From Albugo candida (Eukaryota): DNA of 64,000 nt. The notes below the pieces were generated by a model. That model did no database searches. It saw nothing but the letters and a program-made list of their open reading frames with translations, and was not told the origin of the DNA. This document shows positions 34,434 through 45,694 of the stretch, one piece after another. The stretch spans positions 124,001 to 188,000 of the forward strand of contig JBDOQK010000034.1 of assembly GCA_040437565.1 (NCBI GenBank), written 5' to 3'. Every line of letters starts with the position of its first letter. The stretch's first letter is position 1. A program made the translations under genes and the position numbers.

Positions 34434-36530
34434 ATGCATTCACTCACGAAATTGCTACAGCTATTTGCATTCTTCTCTCACGTCCTCTTCCTGCGAGGAT
34501 CCGATGCTCCTGCACCAAACACTCCCGCGAAAGATGACGCCATGAGAGTGTTCCAATTGTATTGCAAAATGCATAACATTTCGTGTACCAATACAAATCT
34601 TGCGATATTTAAGCGAGATGTTTACCCAAATATGTTAAAGAAAGGGAAGACATTACTGAAAAACAGTGGTCCTCGGAGTCCCTCAAATTTGAAGAGAGGG
34701 TCGAGTACGAAATTGAGTGGTAGCGGTACCTCAGAAGGGAATGGTGCGAGTGAAAATGACCTCCCGGATGGAAAATTATCCAATCAGAAGAGCGGTAGAA
34801 GCTCAGGAAAAGCTTCTGAGGGCAAAGAAGTTTCTGAGGGCAAAGTTATGGAAAATGGAAAAATCAATTCGCTTTCCGGAGATAAAAATGATCCAGAATC
34901 AACGACGCTTGTGGTTGGAGCGTCAGGAGCAGGAGCTACTTCTTCAACTCTGACAACTGTGGGGAAAGGAGCTTCAGCAGTATTAGCAGGAGAAGCAGGA
35001 AAGGGAGTTGGAGGCCCCGGAGGAACAGACTCCGAAGAAGGAGGGACGAGCTCATCTGTACGCGGAAGCAACGGGAAAGCAGCACAAGGCTCAGTCGGTG
35101 GATCGACACTACCTAGTCTCGGTCCAGGGTCGCTAGTCGTCACAAGTGGGAAGACGGGAGCCCCAGAAGGAGAAACACAAGCGTTTACGGGAGGTCGATC
35201 CGGGTCGACTATTGCAAGCCTTAGTCCTGCCGTAGGAGCGGAAGCATCAGGAGGAGCTTCAATGACAGCAATTGGACGCTCAGCATCAGGAGGAACGTCA
35301 CGGTCGTCAATGGGAACGAGGGGAGCTTCAGGGAATCCATCAACGTTCTCCTCAAGTGTCACATTCCTTACCCAAATCAATGCGCCCAGTCTCGCTTCCA
35401 ATGTCGCGCTACTTCAAGACAACACGCTCAACATGCAAACAATCGTTCATTCCTCACGTGATAGCAGCAGATCACTAATGCAAAGGTCGAAACTGAGTGG
35501 ACCTGCAATTGTGACAGGACTCGATCCACCTCAAGGACGTCGTAGTTTGGCTGCAGATGACCAGGATTCAACGACAATTCTCTTTTGTGATGTTCCCGGT
35601 AATGCATTGTGGCGATGGAAACGCGCGAATTCCCCCAAATCAATCGCAAAATCCAATTTCAATGACTCCAAAATCGATTCCAGTAACGATATCTGTTCGG
35701 ATGCGACAATTAGTTTGGATGTTGTCGCCTATCAAGCCGGATGCTCGCTACAAAATCACCCGCAAGGCTGTCATGACGTTGAGCATGCGGGCTGTGGAGG
35801 TATCACAGTGAATCCATTGACAAATCGCGCGACAATCGCACGAACGGGAGGAGGAACTCTCGGCACTTTACAATTCAAAAAAATTGGAGACGTCTGTCAA
35901 GGTCAAATAGTCGATGTGATCTCTTCGTACAGAGGTCAACCGCTCAAGAATCCGAGCTCTGTGGAGTACACGAGTAAAGGTACACTCTACTTTACCGATA
36001 GCGATGAACCGCCTGGCGATACGCGTCGGTCGGAAAGCACATCGAACAACGGCGTCTATGTGCTCGGTAATGGACCTTCGGCTTCCGTGGAACTGCTTGA
36101 TTGTGGAATGGCACGACCCAACAAAATCGCATTTTCACCCGATGAAAAGCATATGTACGTGACGAATTCCGAGCAGCAAAATGCGTATATCAAAGTATTC
36201 GATTTGGGACCCGATGGTTCAATTGAATCATCAAAAATGCTTTTCAATATCTCAGCACATCCGCAAGTATCAACCGGGAAAGGCTTTGCGGAAGGGATCA
36301 AATTGGACGCCAACGGGAATATCTACGTCGTGTGTTATCAATCGATTCTCATTATCGCGCCGTCGGGCACACTCCTCGGAACGCTCACAAGCGATCAGGA
36401 ATTGTATGATCTCACTATCGGACACAATGCCATTTACGTCACTGGAGAATTTGGTATCTCCGTATACGACACCATTGTCGATCCCGCTATTCCTATCCGA
36501 CAGACTGTCATCGATTGCGAAGCTTTTTGA
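34434..36530 (+). CDS. Secreted SMP-30/gluconolactonase-like beta-propeller protein with a long Gly/Ser/Thr-rich linker
   Basis: Hydrophobic signal-like N-terminus. LFCDVPGNALWRW, YRGQPLKNP, GTLYFTD, PNKIAFSPDEKHMYV, EGIKLDANGNIYV. Confidence 0.8.
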   Translation: MHSLTKLLQLFAFFSHVLFLRGSDAPAPNTPAKDDAMRVFQLYCKMHNISCTNTNLAIFKRDVYPNMLKKGKTLLKNSGPRSPSNLKRGSSTKLSGSGTSEGNGASENDLPDGKLSNQKSGRSSGKASEGKEVSEGKVMENGKINSLSGDKNDPESTTLVVGASGAGATSSTLTTVGKGASAVLAGEAGKGVGGPGGTDSEEGGTSSSVRGSNGKAAQGSVGGSTLPSLGPGSLVVTSGKTGAPEGETQAFTGGRSGSTIASLSPAVGAEASGGASMTAIGRSASGGTSRSSMGTRGASGNPSTFSSSVTFLTQINAPSLASNVALLQDNTLNMQTIVHSSRDSSRSLMQRSKLSGPAIVTGLDPPQGRRSLAADDQDSTTILFCDVPGNALWRWKRANSPKSIAKSNFNDSKIDSSNDICSDATISLDVVAYQAGCSLQNHPQGCHDVEHAGCGGITVNPLTNRATIARTGGGTLGTLQFKKIGDVCQGQIVDVISSYRGQPLKNPSSVEYTSKGTLYFTDSDEPPGDTRRSESTSNNGVYVLGNGPSASVELLDCGMARPNKIAFSPDEKHMYVTNSEQQNAYIKVFDLGPDGSIESSKMLFNISAHPQVSTGKGFAEGIKLDANGNIYVVCYQSILIIAPSGTLLGTLTSDQELYDLTIGHNAIYVTGEFGISVYDTIVDPAIPIRQTVIDCEAF

Positions 36531-36616
36531 ATCGATAGAAAGTAATAACAATTTTTTTTTCGTCCAAAATTTTTTCCAATTTCCAAAATGTTTCCTCTCT
36601 CACGAATTCTTCCAAT

Positions 36617-38369
36617 TCACAAAACTTCGACGGGATCATCGCTCAGTTCCAAGTGGATATCTGCTTGCACGACGTATCGAATGGCTTCCACAGCTCTACA
36701 GCATCGATTGAGCTTCATATCGCGTGAATTCTGCCATCAAACCTCTGAGCCTCTAATGCAACTCGACGAGCTTCCCGGACCGATAACTCATCGTGAACGA
36801 CAATTGTGACATCCACAAACGTGCCCAACGCATTCTCTTTCGTTGGAGCCCAATGTGTGCCGACATGCGTAATCCCAACGAGCTGATTCACACGCTGAAG
36901 CGCGTTCCGGACATCCTGTTTGATCTCGCGATACGAAGGCATTGATGCATTGAAATTCTCTGTAGCGTCCGGGCGATCTACCAATTCGCATGAGAATTGA
37001 ACGATATCGTCGAATGCTCACCCATGACGTCAATATGAACCGATACTTCGGAGATTGTTGGCATTTCTCGAACGATTTCAGCCCGAAGTCGCGTTGTTAT
37101 CTACAGCCGATTTTCATCGCTTTCTAACGGATGGAAATGCTTACCTGTTGCGCCATCGACACACTCGCTCGTGCGTGGACCTTTATCGAACATTAGTCGC
37201 GTGGAAACTCTTTCTGAAAACGTACATAGACACGCAAATCCACAAGCGTATACGGCCCCATCCTTCGAGCTCGAACGTGAGACACATGAAGCACATCCTC
37301 GACATTCCGCGACTGAAAAGAGTGAGTCGAGCGATGCAGTACCACGTACGAGTTTCCGCACGAGATCCAACACATCATCTTCGACGTTTTTATCGGTTAG
37401 TTCGCGAACGCTGTCCAACGACACACTGACACCAGTTTTAGCGATCATCGCAGCCACAATGAGCCCAGCGGCTACAGATTCGCGTCATGAACGTCGTGAG
37501 ATTCCAATTTGGTACCTGGATCGAGAAATGGAGCTCCAGCAATGGATCCCATAATTCCGCCTACCATTTGCGTCAGAAATCGACTGCGAAGAGATTCCAA
37601 CGTACCCAATGCGACAATCGATGACAACGCGTCGGTACGGTGATGCCACGCATTGGCAATTAGCACCTAACGCTCTATTCAGTCTCTCGCGTGATACTAT
37701 GACGCAGAAGACCTTGCTGTTGATTCGTTTTCCTATGCGAATTGTGACGCGATAAAGCAGCTCTTTGGCCGTAATGGAGACACCAGCGATCGATGCGGCT
37801 ACTGCCAATTGCGTCTCCTTTTCCAATGAACTAATTCCCCAAAAGCACGGAATGTTTGTCTCCATCCAAATGGACTGCAGACTGTGGAAGCTATCAATTG
37901 CAATTCCACCGCCACAGAATAATAACAGCGTTCCCACTGTCAATGAGCCAACAGCTTCGTATTTTCCATATCCTTTTACAAAGTGTCAGAAAAGATTTAC
38001 GATTTGGTTGTTGCGTACCATACGGATGCTGAGGATCCGGTGGACATCGAGCGATTCGGACGCTCCATAGCGTAACGAAATCCGATAAGAGATCAGAGAA
38101 GGAATGCGCTGCATCGGCCATTAACGCATTTGACGGAATAGCGGCTCCTATTGCGCCCTACGCTATTGTTATTCTCTCATGAAAGATGAGGTATCGCGTA
38201 CTTTGGACACCGCCATACTCAAATTGATCCACATGCCTAAACGTGTGATTCGGATGGCTTCCGACGTTGGGCGCTCGGCAGTAGTGGACAGAGCCTTTGG
38301 AGTCTTTAGACACGAAAGAGACCGATACAATTGCGAAGAAATGACGCGAATATGCGGCAGTTTTTGCAT
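36617..38369 (-). CDS. Cation diffusion facilitator (MMT1/MTP6/FieF-like metal transporter), many introns, probably mitochondrial
   Basis: ADAAHSFSDLLSD, HPYGYGK, ANAWHHRTDALSS, RARRMGP, VHIDV, ADIHLEL. The N-terminus is basic and rich in hydroxylated residues. Confidence 0.9.
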
Positions 38370-38430
38370 TGGAAATCTACTTATGGTTTAAATCAACGGT
38401 CTTAGATTGATGGAGGAGGTGGATTCCCGT

Positions 38431-39851
38431 TCACAGCCGCGTACGGGCTTTATTTCGCTGTCGAATGACTTTTCCTTTAGGCGCTTTTTCCCCAGTGACA
38501 GCACACGCTTCAGGCTTGTTTTTCACGTCGTTTGTCTTGTCCTCTGATGTGTTTGTTATCGCGTCTTCCGTTCGAATATGCTTTTGAGATTGACGTTCGA
38601 GCTTCCGTACGTGCTTGAGGTCTCTTTCTTGGGCTTTTCGAGCTACATTGGAATCCTGTTCCTCGCGGCGTTTACGCTTGAGATTCGAATGCTGCTCACG
38701 TTTCGCTTTGGCTTTAGCGGCTTCCTCGGGGGTTTTCGACACTATTTTCGAGCAGAATTGAGATAAAGACTAATCATTGTATCGACAAGGAGCCTACCAA
38801 AAGCATGGTACAGAATATCGCCTTCGCAGACTTCCCGTTCGACTTTGATCAGTTTGAGTGTGAGACGCGGTCCGATTTCCGCGAGTCGAATTGCGCTTTT
38901 GGTCTCTTTCTGATGTCCGCGTCCGTGAAACCCTTCCGTCATCGTAATGTGTGTGCTCTCATCGTCGATTTCGCTTTCGGACGTCGCTCCTCCGTGTGCT
39001 CCCAAAATGTATTCACTGATATCGTTCAATTTCGCTAAATTGGGAATTTTCGACTTAACCAAAGTTTTGACTGATTTCGTGAGACCCATTGGAGTTGCTC
39101 GTATTACGTATTGCCGAAATTCAATCAAATTCGTTTCTTTATCGAAATTGAATAAAACCACGCGACGACATTCTGACAGCTTTACAGTTTGGATATCGAT
39201 CGGAGGAAAAATACTTTGGAACATGACATTAAGGAGCTGTATATGGTCTTCAGGCGATGCGAAATTGTTCAAAACGACCAGCGGTTTGTGTTGAAGCGCC
39301 AGCTGCATACACGCGTAAGTACGTCGTTTGCATGCGAATAGAGAGTGAGAGTACCGATGGATCGACCGGATGGCGTTGGAATTCGTGCATGTGGCGCATC
39401 AGTGTGAATCCTTCGACGTGGAACGAAAGCGTCGGTCCTCTTGGAAGTCGCGCGATTTTCAGATTTGTGTGTTTTTCGGTCGCTGTGAATATGAGAAAAT
39501 GAGTCACACCCAATGGAGCGCCAACGTGAATAAAGTCTTTGAGCGTGTTTTTTCGATTGTCGCGCAATTTGTCGGCAGTGTACGGCGCCATAGTGCGTCT
39601 CATGTCTTGAACGAGTGTTTGTATCGCCGGTGGGACCTGATAAAGCGTTAGTGAGTGTCATACGCGAGGAAATAATTTATACCTTGCCCATTTTGAACAC
39701 GAAACTCTTTGGCAACTTGTCAGATTCCGCATTCGGGTGGTCGATCACGTGTGTACGTCGCTTTCTCTAAAAGATGGAACGTTAATTTATCGCGTAGACG
39801 TCTCAAACAGTGCGGCCGTTTACGTACTCGTCGTCCTCCTTTCTTCGGCAT
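38431..39851 (-). CDS. PPAN: Brix-domain ribosome biogenesis protein Peter Pan/Ssf1
   Basis: MAPYTADKL, NTLKDF, PLGVTHF, RLPRGPTLSF, LVVLNNF, CRRVVLF, IRLAEIGPRLTLKLIKVE. Confidence 0.94.
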
Positions 39852-40025
39852 GATGAATCACTGGTATCGAACAAAGTATTATTTTCGGTATTACCGGTAT
39901 TTTCTACTAGCATGTAACAATACAAAAAGATCGCAAAGGCAACCAAGCTTCTGACGTTCATTCATGGACTACCATCGCAAGAAATCGCCACTACACGCGC
40001 CAATCGTTCTTCTAATCGCACGTGC

Positions 40026-42578
40026 TTAAAATTTTCCTTTCCGTTGCTTCGCCATCATCTGAATTGACCATTTTTTCTGCTCTTTATTCAACGTCAATGG
40101 CGCGATTTCCTGTCCGGCTCGCTTCATAATTTTGGGCATTGTCAATGAATTGGTCGCATGCAACGTATTCCAATCGTTTCCCAATGGATTTCGCATCGCC
40201 ATTTCGTATTCCGCGCGACACGTAAATGGATATGGGACTTCTTTTGTCATAAATTTTGACACCTGTTTGTCTTTCTTCTCGTTAATCAGTACATTGGCCA
40301 ATTTGCTGTCTTTGCGCTTGGCGAGGATCTGTTTTTTCGTTATTTCCACAAGCTTTTCCGCTTCGCGCTGACGCGATTTCTGACGAGACGACACGGGAAC
40401 TCCTTCGCCTGCCCAAGTGCCCCAGCCATTCATTCCGATCAATTTCGCGATTTCAGCTCCTTTGATCGCGTTCGAGTCCTTTGACGCGATCAGATCCTTC
40501 TCACGAGCGATTGTATCGTCTTCATCAGCGAATGCAAACGCTTGACGGACGAGTTCTTGTTGCGAATTGGGCGTTTTGGGGCGTTTACTTAACGTTTGCT
40601 TTGGGGAATTTTCATTCATTTTGCGTTTGAGAGCGCTTTTAGTGGATGGGTGAGTCGCCACTGCGGTTGACAGAGCGTCCATTGCGTTGGAAATTGCGAC
40701 ATCTTTGCTTTTCACTGGTGTTTTGATGTGTTTATTCAACTTTTTCGACTTGGTATTGTGTGTGGCCAGCCATGGATTCTCTTCCTCGGGCTCGACGGAC
40801 GTCTTGTTCACAGACTGATGAGATTTTGGAAGAAGTGAGGAGTGTTTTTCAACAAGCTGAATATCGGTTGATGGAGCAATTTCCGAGTCCGTGAGATCCA
40901 CAGCAATTGTCAAAGCGGAGCATGCAGTTTTACCTTTTGTCATCCTCATGTTTCCCACGTCCGATTTCCGCTCAACGGGAGCCTTGGAGACATTCTCCTC
41001 TGTATCGGAGACATCGTCAAAGCCCGAATCATGATCTTCTTGAAGTTCCAGCAACAATCGCTCAGCTTCGAGTCGTGCGTTATCTCGCTGTTTCTGTTGG
41101 GCTTTTTGCATGAATTTCATCCCGTGCAATCCCTTCACTTTCTCAGTACATTCCTGGTCTTCCTGGATTTCATTCAAGATCGATCTCGCATTTTTCTCCA
41201 AGTCATCAGAGCTTTTCTTGCCCGATGACGCATCTTCGTCTTCATCTTCATCGTCAATGTCGCTGTATGCAGCCTCCATTTTCTTCCGTAGATTCTGTCC
41301 GCGTTCCAATTGCTCGGCAATAGCTGTTCGAGTGCCTTGATCGGTAAGTACACCTCTTTTCAAGTGATGTTTGACCCATTTCGATGTGTTTGTGTGCTTT
41401 AAACTCATCCGTTCTTCAGCTCGTTTTTCAGCCATTTCTTGCTCGTTTACGCTCACATTCTCAAGATGGCTTTTTCGCTCTTCTTGCTTGTTTCTGATTT
41501 TGTGGTAGAGCTTACTTTTGATCTTTTTGATGCGTTTTTGCTTCTGTTCTTGGTAGAAAAGAAGTGAGCGCATTTTCGACAATTCTTTTTGACGTTTGGC
41601 AATCTCTTCTTTGGACACGCGATTATGGGCCAGCATATCCTCTTCCTGCTCCATGATGCTCTTATCGTCCATTCCGCCCGATTTCAGCAATTCGTGGACT
41701 TGGAGTTCCATGCTCGTGCGAGGTTTGAAGTTGGTCACAAGCATTGCTGGAGTCATTTTCGTCATTTCTGGTGCTTGTAATCGCAAATCCAGCGTTTCCT
41801 TTTCACGATTTGCTTTCACAAGAGGTTGAAACACATCCAATTCCTTCTTTTTCGACTTGTATGCGATTTTACGAGTCTCTCGATCAAGCAAAACGGAGCT
41901 TTCTAAAGGCCGTACCACTTCTTTGGAACTCTCATCTGTTATCAATGCAGTCTTGACTTGCTTTTTGATCTTATTCAGATGCAGATGACCGGTTATATGA
42001 GGCGCTGAAGCTTCCTCGAAGTTTTTCAGTGTGATCGCTGAGGCTCCGAGTAGTGAGTCCATTGTGAGTTCGTCTTCTTTACGAGAAATCAAGCGCTTGG
42101 CAAACACGGAAGATGGTGCAGATATGTTCTCGTGAATCTCTTCTCTTCTTTTTGGCTTTTTGCTCGGGTTCAATTGCTCCGCCAAAACGCGTAGCTGTTG
42201 ATGTTTGGACTCATTGGCTTCTTCATCGGAATCATCGACGAAATCGGCTCTTGTGGTGGTGAGACGTGGCGCTGGAGTCTTCCCAAGGAGATCAGATAGC
42301 AGTTCACCGGATTCCAAGGCACACTCGTCATCAGATTCACTTTCTGGAGCGCTTTTATTGAAGAAGGAGCCATATAATTTTTCATCTTCCGAATTAAAAG
42401 CTTCATTTTCGTCCAGTTCGGAGTCATTTCCACCGGAAAATTGATCCTCTTGTTGCCCGAATGCTTCTATGTCGACTCTGGCGTGCAGTCTCTTTACAAC
42501 TTGTTCATTCTCTTCTTCAGCGTCCGAGTAAACGTCCTGAGTGCTGGGAATTCGGGTTCGACGCTTTGAGCGAGTCAT
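40026..42578 (-). CDS. UTP14: U3 snoRNA-associated protein 14
   Basis: RIKKIKSKLYHKI, RAEERMSLKHTNTSKW, GLHGMKFMQ, GWGTWAGEG, VPYPF, PLGNDWN. Confidence 0.95.
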   Translation of the reverse strand: MTRSKRRTRIPSTQDVYSDAEEENEQVVKRLHARVDIEAFGQQEDQFSGGNDSELDENEAFNSEDEKLYGSFFNKSAPESESDDECALESGELLSDLLGKTPAPRLTTTRADFVDDSDEEANESKHQQLRVLAEQLNPSKKPKRREEIHENISAPSSVFAKRLISRKEDELTMDSLLGASAITLKNFEEASAPHITGHLHLNKIKKQVKTALITDESSKEVVRPLESSVLLDRETRKIAYKSKKKELDVFQPLVKANREKETLDLRLQAPEMTKMTPAMLVTNFKPRTSMELQVHELLKSGGMDDKSIMEQEEDMLAHNRVSKEEIAKRQKELSKMRSLLFYQEQKQKRIKKIKSKLYHKIRNKQEERKSHLENVSVNEQEMAEKRAEERMSLKHTNTSKWVKHHLKRGVLTDQGTRTAIAEQLERGQNLRKKMEAAYSDIDDEDEDEDASSGKKSSDDLEKNARSILNEIQEDQECTEKVKGLHGMKFMQKAQQKQRDNARLEAERLLLELQEDHDSGFDDVSDTEENVSKAPVERKSDVGNMRMTKGKTACSALTIAVDLTDSEIAPSTDIQLVEKHSSLLPKSHQSVNKTSVEPEEENPWLATHNTKSKKLNKHIKTPVKSKDVAISNAMDALSTAVATHPSTKSALKRKMNENSPKQTLSKRPKTPNSQQELVRQAFAFADEDDTIAREKDLIASKDSNAIKGAEIAKLIGMNGWGTWAGEGVPVSSRQKSRQREAEKLVEITKKQILAKRKDSKLANVLINEKKDKQVSKFMTKEVPYPFTCRAEYEMAMRNPLGNDWNTLHATNSLTMPKIMKRAGQEIAPLTLNKEQKKWSIQMMAKQRKGKF

Positions 42579-42660
42579 TTTAACGGGTTTGGATTGGCTG
42601 AAATAAGCGTATGTTTAAACCAATCATATGCTTTATTTAGAAGCGGATTACATACAGTGT

Positions 42661-43860
42661 TCATGCTGCAATGTGAGCCTTACGGGTTGCCTTTGCCCGC
42701 ACATTTCTTGGCTCTGGGAACATGATGGACCATGAGATGTCGATTGTATTGAAGAGGATGCTGGTAAAGGTAATACTATTCATTTTCTGCTCCTTTGCAG
42801 ATCCGTAAACCAACAGCAGGTTCCCGCAGAAAGATCCAGTATCATTCGGATTGCGATAGTTTTCGTACTGCTTTCTTGCGACGCGGTGTATTTGATACTC
42901 CACAGAGGTCTGTGCGGTTGCAATGAGATACGAGTGCCAAATTATAAGTACTGAGACCATTGTTGCAACTAGACTGCTGATGGCAAACACAAATTGACAA
43001 AGTTTTTGCGAGAGGATGGTAGAGCCGAAAGAGACATTCAACAGCGGATACTAAATGGCAGAAAACTAAGCATAGCACAAAATGCATAAATGTTGCAGCA
43101 CTGACATTCACTAGGGGAACGAAAGCGAGCCTGTACGAGAGAATTACTCCATATATACATCCAGCTGCGACCCATAGCAATAAACTGACGAAATACTTGA
43201 ATGCTGTCAGAGCCTTCTAATTTGATGTACTCATGTTGCTTACTCGATAGTTGTTGTAACCAACGCAATTATTGATCCACGGACAATGATGATCCATGCA
43301 GTTGATGCATTGACGACAAATGCTGCAGTGATGTGCGCGTTTTGATCTCCACATGTCACATTGAGCGCAATACGAAAGCTGTTCTTCCAGATATCCGTGC
43401 TCAATATCGAAGTCGTATGTACCGTTGGATACTCTTTTACCGCGCGGTAGCCTTCCCTAGAATATCCCAATTAGGTATTAATATATCCTGATTGACCTAA
43501 ATGTGCGTACCGGATCGGTACTTATGCAGAGAACGTAATTGAGATAGATATTGAAAACAAGGAAGAATTCGATAGATGCTAGAAGGGAAGCCTGCACTTG
43601 AAAGTACACCGGTAAGAAAATTTCAAAATTGCGGACACAGTTGTTTTCCTTTGAAGAAGAGTGCGTCAGGAGCGGTATCACCGTGTACAACAGCGCTCCG
43701 GGAATCGCAAAAATCAACGCTATACAAAAATCATGAAATATACGTTAGATTTAGAAAATCGATATCACCGACTTATTCCGATAGTGATGAGCGCTCGACC
43801 AGAGTGAAGCACTAATTCATGCGACACTTTCAGCGCTACATTGAGAGAAAACATTTGCAT
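42661..43860 (-). CDS. DHHC palmitoyltransferase, multi-exon
   Basis: The minus strand at 43240-43370 reads [38 protein letters not shown]-like text (read by hand). Flanking TM segments and QTSVE are present. The start is approximate. Confidence 0.85.
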
Positions 43861-44003
43861 CGACACAAGCCGCGTCTTTTGTCGATATCGTATACTTTAA
43901 CGTGGTGCACATAATTGCAATTACGCATTATTAGCAATAACCAGCTGAATACAGGCTTTTAAATACATAATTGTCCTTCAGGTAACCATATTCGTGAGGT
44001 GGC

Positions 44004-44457
44004 ATGGAATCTGAGCCGAGTACAATTGTTCCTGTTGAAGTAAAAACGAATGAGAATGTGAAAGTATCGAGCGATTCTACGTTTCGTCGACCTTATTGCA
44101 AGTGGTTTCTTGACCGAGCGTTCTACTGCGTCTGTAAGCAATTCCATCTCAGCCCACATGTATCCTTCTGAGTCTGAGTCTGAGTCTGAGATGTAGCTCC
44201 AATCAATCAACTCACTCAATATTATCGACGCGGTGAATTGGATTCATGCAAAGGAACCTGGAATAATATCTACCACTGCTTTCGGTCGTCATTAATGGAA
44301 GAAGAACGAGCCAAGGTGCTCTCGCACTCACGTTATTAGCCCCAACACGCACTCATTTGCCTTGTAGGAGTATCTCAAGATCACCGATATTGATCCTAAC
44401 AAGCCTCAGCCTACCGCAAACGTATGGGAACTGAAACAAAAACCAGGATGGGACTGA
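44004..44457 (+). CDS. Twin CX9C protein of the Emi1/DUF3128 family; 3 exons, not in the ORF track
   Basis: Introns 44134-44196 and 44316-44367. The spliced product is ...PYCKWFLDRAFYCVSPINQLTQYYRRGELDSCKGTWNNIYHCFR...VWELKQKPGWD*. Confidence 0.85.
44167..44190 (+). repeat. (TCTGAG)4 microsatellite in intron 1 of the CX9C gene
   Basis: tctgag repeated four times directly before the atgtag acceptor. Confidence 0.9.
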
Positions 44458-44514
44458 AGTACACATCGAATAGATTATTCTTTTTAGCTTAGTGCTTGCT
44501 CTTCGTACATTGTT

Positions 44515-45639
44515 CTAGTCACACCTGCTCGGATTGCTCGGATTGATCTCCATGATTTCCTCGACAAGCGCGTCCAGCTCATCATCATCGAGGTCGAACG
44601 TAGGAGTGTCTGAGTGTCGGTGTATTCGATCGCATTCCGCGGTACGCGGTATCAGGTCGAGTTCAGCTTCGAGATTCTTTGTGATTGATTGAAATTGGGA
44701 CGAAAAAGGCCCAGATGAGCTAGAAGGTGTCCTCTTGATTCTCGTGTCGAGAGATAGCAATGTAGTCACATCTCCCGTTGCTTCGTACGTTTCAAATGCC
44801 GACAGTAATTTCGAGCTGTCCGACGTCAAGAGTAGTAATTTCAGCGAGTCCTTCTGCTCGAGACTGCAATAAAAAATTAGTAAAGCTACAACACGGTAAT
44901 GCATACGCACGAGATGACACCACTTGCGGCTAGTTTTTCAATAAGCCAAAACTTGGAGGAGATGGACCGATTCCTTTTTTTTGCTTGGAAGACCGTATCG
45001 GTTGAAGGAATAGTGTTGACAGAATTGAATGCGTGCTTCATGCTCTGACGTTCTTTTTTGAACTCTATTGGACACAGAAGCTCGTTTTCTTGTATTCCGC
45101 CAACGCTTAGCGGATCCTGGAGATTTGAATGTGCTCCTAGTTTTATGTCGGAATTGATACACAATCCAGTGACAGACAGAAGGTCGCCATCTCGAATGGA
45201 TCGATCCAACTGCTTTTTTCTGATCTGATGGAGCAGCTGTTTAAGTAAAGAGTAAAAGAACATCATTTTTTCCTACCATAACGCCTTCTTCAGTCCTCGA
45301 TTTAGTAGGGTGAAGCATAAGTTTGCAGCTTTGATATGCATCCTGATGCGGTAATTCGTCCGTATCTGTGATAGCTTGATGAATCTCGTTAATGACATTG
45401 TTCCATTTCAAAGGACTTCGCAAGCAAACAAGCAAAATTGAGTCCGTATCAATAGGATGCATCACCAAAACTCGCATCATGGAGTTCATCGTGAACAAAA
45501 CAGGAACTACCGTGGCCAACTGTAGTTGTAGACCGTTATCAACAAGTCGAATTGAAAGTTGCATTGAACGGATATTTTGCGACGTAAATGGAGACGTACA
45601 GGAATGGTTGTAGGGGACTGGGAGAATGGTTTGAAGCAT
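44515..45639 (-). CDS. Hypothetical protein, about 3 exons
   Basis: Consecutive minus-strand ORFs 45639, 45266 and 44910 with GT-AG-bounded junctions. No family recognised. Confidence 0.55.
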
Positions 45640-45694
45640 AATACTATATTATCATGTTATCAGTTGCTACTAACGACACTACAAAAGTTTTGAT

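Noticed and set aside
34560-34590. CKMHNISC as an Albugo CHxC/CCG effector motif, or an RxLR
   Set aside because: The spacing fits neither CHxC nor CxxCxxxxxG, and there is no RxLR after the signal peptide.
43959-44219. Minus-strand 86-aa ORF with SDSDSDSE as a gene or transposon relic
   Set aside because: It is antisense to the CX9C gene, and the SD run comes from the intronic TCTGAG repeat.
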